A stretch of DNA of 64,000 nt, taken from positions 40,996-104,995 of the forward strand of contig CBDUHF010000004.1 of NCBI GenBank assembly GCA_965367085.1, read 5' to 3'. This stretch comes from an uncultured Polaribacter sp. Its GTDB lineage: Bacteria; Bacteroidota; Bacteroidia; Flavobacteriales; Flavobacteriaceae. The notes below the pieces were generated by a model, which worked only from the letters and a program-made list of their open reading frames with translations, was not told the origin of the DNA and ran no database searches. Both the position numbers and the translations under genes were made by a program. Below, piece after piece: positions 1 to 10,279 of this stretch (its first letter is position 1; every line of letters begins with the position of its first letter).

Positions 1-1265
1 GTTCTACTAAATTAGGAGAAAACAATAAATGGGGTTTATTTCCAGCCTTAGGTTTGGGAGTAGATGTTAACAAATACTTAGAACTTGATAATGTAAATTT
101 ATTTAAAGTTCGTTTAGGGTATGGTGTTACTGGTTCTTTACCATCTCAATATGGTCTTCAATATGCAAGATTTGATCCTGCTTCAGACTTACTAAGCACA
201 AATCAAGTTACTGATGCAAATGATGACTTAAAATGGGAAGAAAAAGCTGAAACTAACTTAGGTATAGAATATGCTTCTGGAAGATTATCTGCAACTTTAG
301 ATCTATATACTCGTAAAGTTTCTGATTTTATTTTAGAGAGAACTGTAGATGTAGCAGTATACCCAACAGGTAGTCGTGTTGAAAACGGAGGAGATTTATC
401 TACAAAGGGTATAGAATTATCTGTAAATTATGACATCTTTAAAAATGAAGATTTAACATATAATTCTGGAATTGTTTTTTCTAGTTATAAATCTACTTTA
501 GATTCTTTTGACAGAAATGGATTAAGAGGTAATTTAGGAGCTCCAGGACAAAATGATACAAATGTTATATTAGTTGCTCCAGGTGAAGAAATAGGATTAA
601 TCTATGGACCTGTTTGGGATGGAACAATTACAGATGGTAGTCAGAATTTTGTTGATGTAAACGGTGATGGTACTTTACAAACAGACCAATTATATGATAA
701 TGCAATTGATGCTGATGGTGATGGTGTAATAGATGGTGATTTAAAAAAATTAGGTAAAGGTATTCCAGATTTTGAATTAGGTTGGTCTCATTCTCTTTCT
801 TATAAAAACTGGGATGTGAATGCATTGTTTAGAGGTGCTTTCGGTCACAGTATGGTAAATAACTTTAGAGTATTTTATGAGCCAAGAGTAGGTAGTCAAG
901 GTTCTTATAACTTTGTAAATACTTCTTTAGCAAATGCTGAAATTACAAATGCAAAATTTAGTTCACATTATGTAGAAAAAGCAGATTTCGTAAAGTTATC
1001 TAACTTATCAGTAGGATATACTTTTGATATAGCTGAAGACAATAAATATTTTAGCGACATAAGATTATCTTTAAGTGGTCAGAACTTATTTACACTTACA
1101 GGATATACTGGTGCAGATCCAGAACCAGCATTACAAGATAAAGGTTCTATAGATAACGGAGGGTTTTTAGGAACTTCTGCAGATCCATTAATACCTGGTA
1201 TAGACAGAAGATATAATTATTTTTCTTCAAGAACCATAACTTTTGGAATTAACATTAACTTTTAA
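1..1265 (+). CDS. SusC/RagA-type TonB-dependent outer-membrane transporter, C-terminal ~420 aa (5' end outside window)
   Basis: Frame 3 is open from the window edge (STKLGENNKWGLFPALGLGVDVN...), so the ATG at 54 is internal. The sequence is beta-barrel-like and ends ...RTITFGININF (terminal Phe). A SusD-like lipoprotein gene follows 11 nt later, which is the diagnostic pairing. Confidence 0.85.
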   Translation, partial: STKLGENNKWGLFPALGLGVDVNKYLELDNVNLFKVRLGYGVTGSLPSQYGLQYARFDPASDLLSTNQVTDANDDLKWEEKAETNLGIEYASGRLSATLDLYTRKVSDFILERTVDVAVYPTGSRVENGGDLSTKGIELSVNYDIFKNEDLTYNSGIVFSSYKSTLDSFDRNGLRGNLGAPGQNDTNVILVAPGEEIGLIYGPVWDGTITDGSQNFVDVNGDGTLQTDQLYDNAIDADGDGVIDGDLKKLGKGIPDFELGWSHSLSYKNWDVNALFRGAFGHSMVNNFRVFYEPRVGSQGSYNFVNTSLANAEITNAKFSSHYVEKADFVKLSNLSVGYTFDIAEDNKYFSDIRLSLSGQNLFTLTGYTGADPEPALQDKGSIDNGGFLGTSADPLIPGIDRRYNYFSSRTITFGININF

Positions 1266-1276
1266 AAAAAACATAA

Positions 1277-2887
1277 ATGAAATTAACATATAAATTATTT
1301 ACAATTTGTTTTGCACTACTTACTGTAGGTGCTTGTACAGATTTAGATGACGTTTTAGTAGGAGAAGTTGATTCTGCCTTTAATGGAACTGAGCCTTCTT
1401 TTGGAAATTTTGACGGAGGTGGTTCAGGGCCTTCAGATGCGGTAAGTTCTGCTTACAATCAGTTAAGAGAATCAGGATCTGCAAATCACGGTGGTTATTG
1501 GTCAGTACAATCTGTTTCTTCAGATGAAATGGCAATTACACAGAAAGGTGGAGATTGGTATGATGGTGGTATTTGGATAAACATGCACAGACATACATTT
1601 ACATCTACAAATGGGCCAATAAAAGATGCTTGGAACCAACAATATGCTGCAATTGGAGCGTGTAACACTTCTTTAGCTGACGGTGGTTTAGATGCTAATC
1701 AAACAGCACAAGTAAAAGCGTTAAGAGCATTTTTCTATTATAGATTATTAGACATGTATGGTAGAGTGAAGATTGTTACTACTCCTGGAGTAGATGCACC
1801 TCAATCTTCTAGAGCAGATGTATATAACTTTGTTGAAAGTGAATTATTAGCATCATTAGGAATTGCAAGTGTTACTGCTGGTATGGATTTATCTGCTAGT
1901 CCTTTAGGAACTGCAAATAACCCTTACAGAATTAATCAATTTGCTGCCTTAGGTTTATTAGCTAAATTATATTTAAATGCAGAAGTATATTCAGGAACTC
2001 CAAAATATGCAGAAGCTGCATTAGCTGCTGGTTATGTTATAGACAATGGAGGTTATATGTTATGTGATACTGGTTGTTCTGAAATTAATGAAGGTAGAAG
2101 ACCTTCTGTAGCATCTGATCCAGAAACATTAGAAGGATATGCAGCAGTTTTTGCTCCGAACAATCAAAACAATCCAGAAATTATTTGGTCTATTGCTTAT
2201 GATAATGTTTCAGGAACAAATATGAACTTTGCACAAATGTCTTTACATTATTCAAGTCAGTTTACATGGAACCTTGCAAATCAACCTTGGAATGGATATT
2301 CTGCGTTAGAAGATTTTTATAATTCTTATGAAGCTACTGATAAGCGTAAAACTGCAAACTTTATTGTTGGCCCACAATCAGATTATGAGGGTTCTGTTAT
2401 TTTAGATTATGCTGCTTCAGGTGGAGATTTAGAATTAACTTATACTCCAGAGATTGATGAATTAGAGCCTAATGCTTCTAGAAAAGGTGGTGCACGTTTA
2501 GGTAAATTTAGTTTTAGACAAGGACAACAAGATAATATGGATAATGATATGCCAATTATTCGTTTAGGAGATTTATATTTAATTAGAGCTGAAGGTAATG
2601 CAAGAGCAGCTTCTGATTGGAGTTTAGCAATGACCGATGTAAATACTATTAGAGCAAGAGCAGGTGTAGCTGCAATGACTAGTGTAACTGCAGATAGCTT
2701 TTTAGCAGAAAGGGGTAGAGAAATGTTTATGGAGGTTACTCGTAGACAAGATTTAATTCGTTTTGGTAAATGGTCTAGCTCATGGTGGGAAAAATCTAAC
2801 AGTGATTCATTTAGAACTGTTTTTCCAATACCACAAGAACAAATAGATGCTAGTGGTGGTACTTTAACACAAAACCCTGGGTACTAG
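1277..2887 (+). CDS. SusD/RagB family nutrient-binding outer-membrane lipoprotein
   Basis: 536 aa with lipoprotein signal MKLTYKLFTICFALLTVGAC. Size, position directly behind the susC-like gene and overall composition are typical of the SusD/RagB family. Confidence 0.85.
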   Translation: MKLTYKLFTICFALLTVGACTDLDDVLVGEVDSAFNGTEPSFGNFDGGGSGPSDAVSSAYNQLRESGSANHGGYWSVQSVSSDEMAITQKGGDWYDGGIWINMHRHTFTSTNGPIKDAWNQQYAAIGACNTSLADGGLDANQTAQVKALRAFFYYRLLDMYGRVKIVTTPGVDAPQSSRADVYNFVESELLASLGIASVTAGMDLSASPLGTANNPYRINQFAALGLLAKLYLNAEVYSGTPKYAEAALAAGYVIDNGGYMLCDTGCSEINEGRRPSVASDPETLEGYAAVFAPNNQNNPEIIWSIAYDNVSGTNMNFAQMSLHYSSQFTWNLANQPWNGYSALEDFYNSYEATDKRKTANFIVGPQSDYEGSVILDYAASGGDLELTYTPEIDELEPNASRKGGARLGKFSFRQGQQDNMDNDMPIIRLGDLYLIRAEGNARAASDWSLAMTDVNTIRARAGVAAMTSVTADSFLAERGREMFMEVTRRQDLIRFGKWSSSWWEKSNSDSFRTVFPIPQEQIDASGGTLTQNPGY

Positions 2888-2920
2888 TATTTAAAATTTA
2901 AGTTAATTATTTGATTTTTA

Positions 2921-2951
2921 AAGCGGATTACCCCATGGTAATCCGCTTTTT
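2921..2951 (+). terminator. Rho-independent terminator after susD-like gene
   Basis: Perfect 12-bp stem AAGCGGATTACC / GGTAATCCGCTT with loop CCAT, followed by a T run. Confidence 0.8.
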
Positions 2952-3118
2952 AATATCTAATCATTTTAATAAATTTCTTTAATTAAAAATGATTGAATAG
3001 CAACTGTTTTATAATTAATATGAAAGCTTTTTGTTTTATCTTTGAAAATATTGAGTACAACTCAACTAAAGACTGCAATTACAAATTTGTAACTGAAAAA
3101 TTATTACTTATCACACCC

Positions 3119-3126
3119 TAAATTTG
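3119..3126 (+). promoter_or_regulatory. Bacteroidetes-type -7 promoter box (TAAATTTG)
   Basis: Perfect match to the TAnnTTTG consensus, about 55 nt upstream of ATG 3182. It sits inside a cluster of AAATTTGT-type inverted and direct repeats. Confidence 0.45.
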
Positions 3127-3181
3127 TAAACAGTAAATTCACAAATTTTTAATGACCAATATGGTTTTGTAAACCTTTCTA

Positions 3182-6100
3182 ATGGACTTAAAAAAAATAT
3201 ATTGTATCTTACTCATAGTACTTTTCTTTTCTTGTAAAAATAAAGAAAACTCAAAACCACTTTTTGCTTTAAAACATAATATTGGGATTAATTTTTCTAA
3301 TATTTTAAAGGAAACTGAAGCGTTAAACCCATATACATATAAAAATTTTTATAATGGTGGTGGGGTTGCGTTAGGAGATATTAATAATGATGGTTTATTA
3401 GATATTTACTTTAGTGGAAATCAAGTTGAAAACCAATTATATCTTAATAAAGGAAATTGGAAATTTGATAATATTACTAAAAAATCTAATGTTTCTTGTA
3501 AAGACAATTGGTCTTCTGGTGTAACTTTTGTAGATATAAATAGTGATGGCTTTTTAGACATTTATGTTTGTCAAGCTGGTCCACCAAAAGAAACAGATAG
3601 ACACAATAAACTTTTTATAAATAATGGCGATCTAACTTTTACTGAGCAATCAGAAAAGTATGGACTTAATATTACTGGTTTAGCAGTTCAAGCAAATTTT
3701 TTCGATTTCGATAAAGATGGTGATCTAGACTGTTACCTCTTAAATAATTCTATACGATCTGTTGGTAATTATGATTTAATAAAAAATCAACGAGATAAAT
3801 CAACAGAAAAAGGAAATAAATTATTAAGAAATGATGATGGCTTATTTATAGATGTTACTGAAGAAGCTAATATATATTCAAGCGAAATTGGTTTTGGTTT
3901 AGGAATAACTGTCAGTGATTATAATAACGATACATGGCCAGATATATTTATTTCAAATGATTTTTTTGAAAGAGATTATTTATACATCAATCAACAAAAT
4001 GGAACTTTTAAAGAAAAATTAACTACTCAATTCGAATCTATTTCAATGGGTTCAATGGGCGCAGATGCTGCAGATTTAAATAATGATTCTAAAACAGATA
4101 TTATGGTTACAGAAATGTTACCTAAAACTATAGAAAGACAGCGTACTAAAACGTTGTTTGAATCTTGGAATAAATATGCATTGAGCGTTAAAAATGGTTA
4201 TCATTATCAATTTTCTAGAAATGCGTTGCATCAAAACATGGGAAATGATACTTTTTTAGAAATAAGTCGTTTTTCAAATGTTTCTGCATCTGAATGGAGT
4301 TGGTCTTCTTTATTGTTTGATGCTGATAATGATGGATTAAAAGATATTTTTATTAGTAATGGTATCTATAAAGACTTGTTAGATAGAGATTATTTAACAT
4401 ATATGGCTAATGAGCAACAGATAAAAGAAATGATGCAAAATGACAAAGATGTCATTAAAAAATTAATTGATAAAATGCCTTCTGAAGCAGTTCCAAACGT
4501 TATGTATAAGAACCAAGGAGACTTTAAATTTAAAAATAAAACACAAGATTGGGGTTTGCAGCAACCTAGTTTTAGTAACGGAAGTGCATATGGTGATTTA
4601 GATAATGATGGTGATTTAGATTTAGTTTTAAATAACGTAAATATGCCAGCATTTGTCTATGAAAATAAATTAGATAGCACTAAATATAAAAGCATTACAC
4701 TTCAACTAAAAGGTAGTAATAAAAACACTAAAGCTGTAGGTGCAAAAGCAGAAATTTTTTACAATGATTCAAAATATAGTACTTTAGAAAACTTTCCTTC
4801 ACGAGGATTTCAAAGCTCTGTAGGACATCAACTTGTTTTTGGAGTTGGCAATTGTTCTATTATTGATAGTTTAAAAATAAGTTGGCCAAATGGAGCTAAT
4901 AGTGTTTACAAAAACTTAAAAACCAATTCTAACTACGTTTACAAAGAACCAAAAGAAGGAAATAAAACTATCATAAAAAAGGAAATAAATTCTCAAAATC
5001 CGTTAAAGTTAGCTGAAAAAAAATTTCACTTTAATCATAAAGAAAATAAAGCAGTAGATTTTAATAGTGAGCAGTTATTACCAGAAATGTTTAATAATGA
5101 AGGACCTCATATAGCTACTGCAGATATTAATAATGATGGAAATCCAGATTTTTATATAGGAGGCGCAAAAGGACAATCAGGAAAATTATTTATTTCTCAA
5201 AAAGACAAAAGTTATAAAGAAATAACAAGACCATTTAACACACATTATACTTCTGAAGATACAGATGCCATTTTTTTTGATAGTGATGGTGATGGTGATT
5301 TAGATTTATATGTATGTAGTGGTGGAAAATCATTTTCAAAGTATGATTTTTCTTTACACGATAGATTGTATATAAATAATGGTAATAAAAACTTTACAAT
5401 TAGTAAATCAAAACTACCCTTTAAAACACCTATTAGCACTTCAACAGTTTCTGCATATGATTATGATAATGATGGTGATGAAGACCTTTTTGTAGGAGAA
5501 CGATTTAAAGTTGCTACTTATGGTATTCCTGTAAGTGGTTATCTTTTAGAAAATAAAGGAAATAATGTTTTTGAAATATCTAATCAAGAGGTATTAAAAA
5601 ATATTGGATTAATTACAGATTCTTTCTGGAAAGACATTAACAATGATGGTGTAAAAGAACTAATAGTTGCAGGAGAATGGATGCCAATTAGTGTTTTTAA
5701 ATTCTCTGAAGGGAAATTAATAAACATCACAAAAGAATTTGGATTAGAAAACTCAAATGGGTTATGGAAAAGGATAAAAATAGTAGATATAGATGGTGAT
5801 GGTGATCTAGATATTATAGCAGGAAATAAAGGAGAAAACACATTTTTTGAAGAAGAAATGAGAATGTATGTTTCAGATTTTGATAATAACGGAACTGTAG
5901 AATCTATTATTTGCTATAAGAAAGGTAACGAGTATTATCCTATTGTAGATAGAGATGAATTAATTGGTCAAATTGCAAGCTTAAAACAAAAACTACTTTA
6001 TTATAAAGATTATGAAAATGCTACAATGAATTCTATTTTCACTAAAGAACAACTTCAAAAAGCAATATTTTTAGATATAAAAACGGTACAATCAAAATTA

Positions 6101-6439
6101 TTTATTAATACTGAAAATAAATATAAAGCCCTTAGACTTCCAAATAAAATCCAGTATTCAAATACCTCAGCAATTGAAACTATAGACATTAATAACGATG
6201 GAAATTTAGATATTTTATTTGGTGGAAATCAATATCTTGTAAAGCCGCAATTTGGAAGACAAGATGCTTCATCTGGCTGGCTATTGTATGGAAGTAAAAA
6301 GAAAAACAGTTTTAATAAAGTAATTCCTTTAAATATAAAAGGGCAAATAAGGGATTTTAAAATCAAAGAAATCAATCATAAAAAATACATAATAACTACT
6401 ATAAATAATGATAGCATACAATTTCATGAAATACAATAA
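3182..6439 (+). CDS. VCBS/FG-GAP repeat + ASPIC/UnbV domain lipoprotein (CRTAC1-like), paralog 1
   Basis: 1085 aa with lipobox ...VLFFSC. There are 14 D-x-[ND]-x-D-G-x-x-D-[ILV] calcium-loop repeats, 7 before and 7 after a central UnbV-like segment (...NKNTKAVGAKAEIFY...SRGFQSS...ISWPNG). Confidence 0.85.
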   Translation: MDLKKIYCILLIVLFFSCKNKENSKPLFALKHNIGINFSNILKETEALNPYTYKNFYNGGGVALGDINNDGLLDIYFSGNQVENQLYLNKGNWKFDNITKKSNVSCKDNWSSGVTFVDINSDGFLDIYVCQAGPPKETDRHNKLFINNGDLTFTEQSEKYGLNITGLAVQANFFDFDKDGDLDCYLLNNSIRSVGNYDLIKNQRDKSTEKGNKLLRNDDGLFIDVTEEANIYSSEIGFGLGITVSDYNNDTWPDIFISNDFFERDYLYINQQNGTFKEKLTTQFESISMGSMGADAADLNNDSKTDIMVTEMLPKTIERQRTKTLFESWNKYALSVKNGYHYQFSRNALHQNMGNDTFLEISRFSNVSASEWSWSSLLFDADNDGLKDIFISNGIYKDLLDRDYLTYMANEQQIKEMMQNDKDVIKKLIDKMPSEAVPNVMYKNQGDFKFKNKTQDWGLQQPSFSNGSAYGDLDNDGDLDLVLNNVNMPAFVYENKLDSTKYKSITLQLKGSNKNTKAVGAKAEIFYNDSKYSTLENFPSRGFQSSVGHQLVFGVGNCSIIDSLKISWPNGANSVYKNLKTNSNYVYKEPKEGNKTIIKKEINSQNPLKLAEKKFHFNHKENKAVDFNSEQLLPEMFNNEGPHIATADINNDGNPDFYIGGAKGQSGKLFISQKDKSYKEITRPFNTHYTSEDTDAIFFDSDGDGDLDLYVCSGGKSFSKYDFSLHDRLYINNGNKNFTISKSKLPFKTPISTSTVSAYDYDNDGDEDLFVGERFKVATYGIPVSGYLLENKGNNVFEISNQEVLKNIGLITDSFWKDINNDGVKELIVAGEWMPISVFKFSEGKLINITKEFGLENSNGLWKRIKIVDIDGDGDLDIIAGNKGENTFFEEEMRMYVSDFDNNGTVESIICYKKGNEYYPIVDRDELIGQIASLKQKLLYYKDYENATMNSIFTKEQLQKAIFLDIKTVQSKLFINTENKYKALRLPNKIQYSNTSAIETIDINNDGNLDILFGGNQYLVKPQFGRQDASSGWLLYGSKKKNSFNKVIPLNIKGQIRDFKIKEINHKKYIITTINNDSIQFHEIQ

Positions 6440-7001
6440 ACTCACTAAAGGCGTATTCTTTTTTAGCTTACTATTTTTATTTTCCTGTCAATCAGACTAT
6501 ACAAAATTGGTAAAAAAAGAACTTGCTACTGGGATTAAAAATGATACCCTCCTTTATAATTTAAAATTTGGTAACACTAAAAAAGAATTTTATACAATTT
6601 GCTGGAATTTAAATAGTAAAGGGACTGTTACTCATGGAGGTAATAATAATTACGTAAAAACTGTTTTACGTCCAAAAGATAGTATCAATAAAACAAAAGC
6701 AATTAAGATGCTGTTTTATGCAAAATTTAATACCGAAGATATTATTACAGGAATGGACATGAAATTTACATATTCTGCTTGGGCACCTTGGAATAAGGAT
6801 TTACAAGCAGACAGTTTATTCCCAGTTGTACAAGACACTCTTCTAAAATGGTATCCTGGTAACGAATTTATAGAAGTAAAGAAAGGTATTCTAGTAAAAA
6901 TAGATGGAAATAGGCAAATACAACTCAAAAAAGAATCTGATAAAGATGTTTCTGTTTTGATAGAAAATTTAGAATACAAATACAAAACATTAGTTGATTA
7001 A
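6426..7001 (+). CDS. Small lipoprotein of unknown function
   Basis: The ORF track starts at 6408. The ATG at 6426 gives a canonical signal MKYNKLTKGVFFFSLLFLFSC. It overlaps the stop of the upstream gene by 14 nt. I recognise no family. Confidence 0.6.
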   Translation: MKYNKLTKGVFFFSLLFLFSCQSDYTKLVKKELATGIKNDTLLYNLKFGNTKKEFYTICWNLNSKGTVTHGGNNNYVKTVLRPKDSINKTKAIKMLFYAKFNTEDIITGMDMKFTYSAWAPWNKDLQADSLFPVVQDTLLKWYPGNEFIEVKKGILVKIDGNRQIQLKKESDKDVSVLIENLEYKYKTLVD

Positions 7002-7014
7002 AAATAGATATACA

Positions 7015-10000
7015 ATGAAACAATATTACAGTGTTTTTTTGATAGTTTTTATTCTGTCTTGTGGCAAAACAGAAGAAAATAAAACCCAGTTTGAACTTTT
7101 ATCTTCAGAAACAACAAATATTAATTTTAGTAACGATTTAACCTCTACAGATACATTTAATGTCTATAGATATAGAAATTTTTACAACGGCGGTGGTGTA
7201 GCTATTGGTGATGTAAATAATGATGGTTTACAAGATATATATCTGACAGCCAACCTAAAAGAAAATAAATTGTTTTTAAATAAAGGTAATTTTAAGTTTG
7301 AAGATATTACTAAAAAAGCAAACGTTGGCGGAACAAAAGCATGGTCTACAGGAGTTTCTATGGTAGATATTAATGCAGATGGATTTATAGATATTTATGT
7401 TTGTAATTCTGGTGATGTAAAGGGAGATAACAAGCAAAATGAATTATTTATTAATAATGGAGATGGAACTTTTTTAGAAAAAGCAGCTGAATATGGGTTA
7501 GCAGATTTAGGGTTTTCTACACATGCTTCTTTTTTCGATTATGATAAAGATGGAGATTTAGATGTGTATTTATTAAACAATTCTTATCAATCTATAGGTA
7601 GTTTTAACCTTACAAAAAATGAAAGACCAAATCGTGACGTTTTAGGTGGAGATAAATTGTTTGAAAACAACAATAATCATTTTGTAGATGTAAGCGAAAA
7701 AGCAGGTATTTATGGCAGTATTATTGGGTTTGGTTTAGGTGTAACTGTAAGTGATTTAAATAATGATGGTTGGGAAGATATTTATGTTTCTAATGATTTT
7801 TTTGAAAGAGATTACCTTTATATTAATCAACAAAACGGCACTTTTAAAGAACAATTAACTAGTGCTATTAGCTCTATTAGTGGGGCTTCTATGGGAGCAG
7901 ATGCAGCAGATATTAATAATGATGGTTTTAATGATATTTTTGTTACTGAAATGCTACCAAAAGACTACGAGAGGTTAAAAACTGTAACAACATTTGAAGA
8001 TTGGAACAAATACCAATACAATCTTAAAAATGATTATTACCACCAGTTTACTAGAAATATGTTACAGTTAAATAACAGTGACGAAACGTTTAGTGAAGTA
8101 GGAAGATTTAGTGGTGTAGAAGCTTCTGACTGGAGTTGGGGAGCATTGTCTTTCGATATGAATAATGATGGTTCTAAAGATCTATTTATTGCCAATGGAA
8201 TATATAAAGATTTAACAAATCAAGATTATTTACGCTATGTTTCTAACGAAGAAGTACTACAATCTTTAGTAAAAGGTAATAAAGTAGATTACAAAAAATT
8301 AATTGACATTATTCCTTCTAATAAAGTAAAAAACCATGCTTATATTAATAAAGGGAATCTTGCATTTGAACGTGAAAATAATGGCTTAAATGCAGAAGGG
8401 TTTTCTAATGGTGCTGCTTATGGAGATTTAGATAATGATGGAGACATGGACTTGGTTGTAAACAACGTTAATATGCCATTATTTGTTTATAAAAATAATT
8501 TAGACACACAGAAAACCAATTATGTAAAACTTATTTTAAATGGCGAAGGTGCTAATAAAAACGCTATTGGAGCAAAAATAAAATTAGCAACAAAATCTGG
8601 TAATTATTATTTAGAACAACAACCTGTTAGAGGTTTTCAATCTTCAATGGATAATAGACCAAACTTTGGTTTTAAAGACAAAGAAAATGTTAGTTTAACT
8701 GTAACCTGGCCTTCAGGAAAAAGAACTCAATTAGAAAATATTGAAGTAAATAAAACTTTAACACTATTTGAAAAAGATGCACAAGAATATTTAAATAAAG
8801 ACGAAAAAAACAATAAAAAACTCTTTATTAAAAATCAAAACACACTTCAATTTGTGCATAAAGAAAATAATTATAGCGATTTTAATGTAGATCGTTTGTT
8901 GCCATTTATGAGAAGTACAGAAGGACCAAAAATGGCAATTGCAGATATTAATAATGATGGAAAAGCAGCTGTTTTTATTGGTGGATCTAAAAACAATATA
9001 TCATCATTATTTTTACAGAATAATGATTCTTTTACACAAAGTAAAACATCCGTTTTTGATAAACAAAAATCTGCAGAAGATACAGAAAGCCTATTTTTTG
9101 ATGCAGATGGCGATGGAGATTTAGATTTATATGTATGCAGTGGAAGTATAGAAACATCTAAATACAGCGCAAATTATTTAGATAAATTATATGTAAATGA
9201 TGGAAAAGGAAATTTTTCAATATCCAATCAAAAATTACCAAGTATTACTAAATTTCATAGTACAAGCACAGTTATTGCTGCTGACATTGATAATGATAAC
9301 GATTTAGATTTATTTGTAGGCGAAAGAGCTGTTCCAAACTCTTATGGAGTTCCTGGTTCAGGTTTTTTATTAATAAATGATGGAAAAGGAAATTTTATAG
9401 AAAAATCTGAAAGTTTAGCTCCTCAATTTAAAAACCTAGGTATGATTACTGATGCCGTTTTTATTGACATTAATAAAAATGGATATGAAGATTTGGTTGT
9501 TGTTGGAGAGTTTATGGGAATTGAAGTTTTTGAAAATCAAAAAGGAAGTTTCCAAAAATTAAAAGACAGTCCATTATCTCAAGTAAAAGGTTGGTTTAAA
9601 ACAATTGAAAAAAGCGATTTGGATAATGATGGGGATTTAGACTTAATTCTAGGAAATCATGGTTTAAATAGTAGATTTAGAGCCAATGAAAAGCATCCTA
9701 TAAAATTATTCTTAAACGATTATGACAACAATGGTTTTTTAGATCCAATTCTTTCTTTTACTGCAGAAAACGGGAAAAATTATCCATATGCATTGCGTCA
9801 TGATTTAGTAGATCAATTAAAATATTTAAGTAAAAAATTTCCTGATTACGATTCTTTTAAAGCAGCAACAATTGAAGATATTTTCACCAAAGAACAACTT
9901 CAAAAGAGCACTGTTTTGGAAGCAAATACATTAAGCTCCATAATACTTATTAATGAAGGTAATTTTAAATTTAAAATTCAAGAATTGCCTACAGAAACAC

Positions 10001-10278
10001 AGTTTTCACCTATTTATGCAATTGCTACATCAGATTTTGACAAAGATGGTGATCAAGACATTATTTTAGGAGGAAATCTTAACGGTGTAAAACCTGAGTT
10101 TGGTAAATATGATGCTTCTTTTGGAAATTATTTAGAAAATATAGGTAATAATCAATTTAAGTTTCATCAAACAGGAAAAGGACTAAAAGTTAAAGGGCAA
10201 ATACGAGATATTAAGGTATTGAACAATACGATTTTTATCACAAAAAACAACGATTCATTAGAAGTTTACAAATATTAA
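7015..10278 (+). CDS. VCBS/FG-GAP repeat + ASPIC/UnbV domain lipoprotein, paralog 2
   Basis: The ORF track starts at TTG 6994. The ATG at 7015 gives signal MKQYYSVFLIVFILSC. It has the same 7 + UnbV + 7 architecture (GAKIKLAT...VRGFQSS...VTWPSG) and shares identical stretches with paralog 1 (DFFERDYLYINQQNGTFKE). Confidence 0.85.
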   Translation: MKQYYSVFLIVFILSCGKTEENKTQFELLSSETTNINFSNDLTSTDTFNVYRYRNFYNGGGVAIGDVNNDGLQDIYLTANLKENKLFLNKGNFKFEDITKKANVGGTKAWSTGVSMVDINADGFIDIYVCNSGDVKGDNKQNELFINNGDGTFLEKAAEYGLADLGFSTHASFFDYDKDGDLDVYLLNNSYQSIGSFNLTKNERPNRDVLGGDKLFENNNNHFVDVSEKAGIYGSIIGFGLGVTVSDLNNDGWEDIYVSNDFFERDYLYINQQNGTFKEQLTSAISSISGASMGADAADINNDGFNDIFVTEMLPKDYERLKTVTTFEDWNKYQYNLKNDYYHQFTRNMLQLNNSDETFSEVGRFSGVEASDWSWGALSFDMNNDGSKDLFIANGIYKDLTNQDYLRYVSNEEVLQSLVKGNKVDYKKLIDIIPSNKVKNHAYINKGNLAFERENNGLNAEGFSNGAAYGDLDNDGDMDLVVNNVNMPLFVYKNNLDTQKTNYVKLILNGEGANKNAIGAKIKLATKSGNYYLEQQPVRGFQSSMDNRPNFGFKDKENVSLTVTWPSGKRTQLENIEVNKTLTLFEKDAQEYLNKDEKNNKKLFIKNQNTLQFVHKENNYSDFNVDRLLPFMRSTEGPKMAIADINNDGKAAVFIGGSKNNISSLFLQNNDSFTQSKTSVFDKQKSAEDTESLFFDADGDGDLDLYVCSGSIETSKYSANYLDKLYVNDGKGNFSISNQKLPSITKFHSTSTVIAADIDNDNDLDLFVGERAVPNSYGVPGSGFLLINDGKGNFIEKSESLAPQFKNLGMITDAVFIDINKNGYEDLVVVGEFMGIEVFENQKGSFQKLKDSPLSQVKGWFKTIEKSDLDNDGDLDLILGNHGLNSRFRANEKHPIKLFLNDYDNNGFLDPILSFTAENGKNYPYALRHDLVDQLKYLSKKFPDYDSFKAATIEDIFTKEQLQKSTVLEANTLSSIILINEGNFKFKIQELPTETQFSPIYAIATSDFDKDGDQDIILGGNLNGVKPEFGKYDASFGNYLENIGNNQFKFHQTGKGLKVKGQIRDIKVLNNTIFITKNNDSLEVYKY

Positions 10279-10279
10279 T

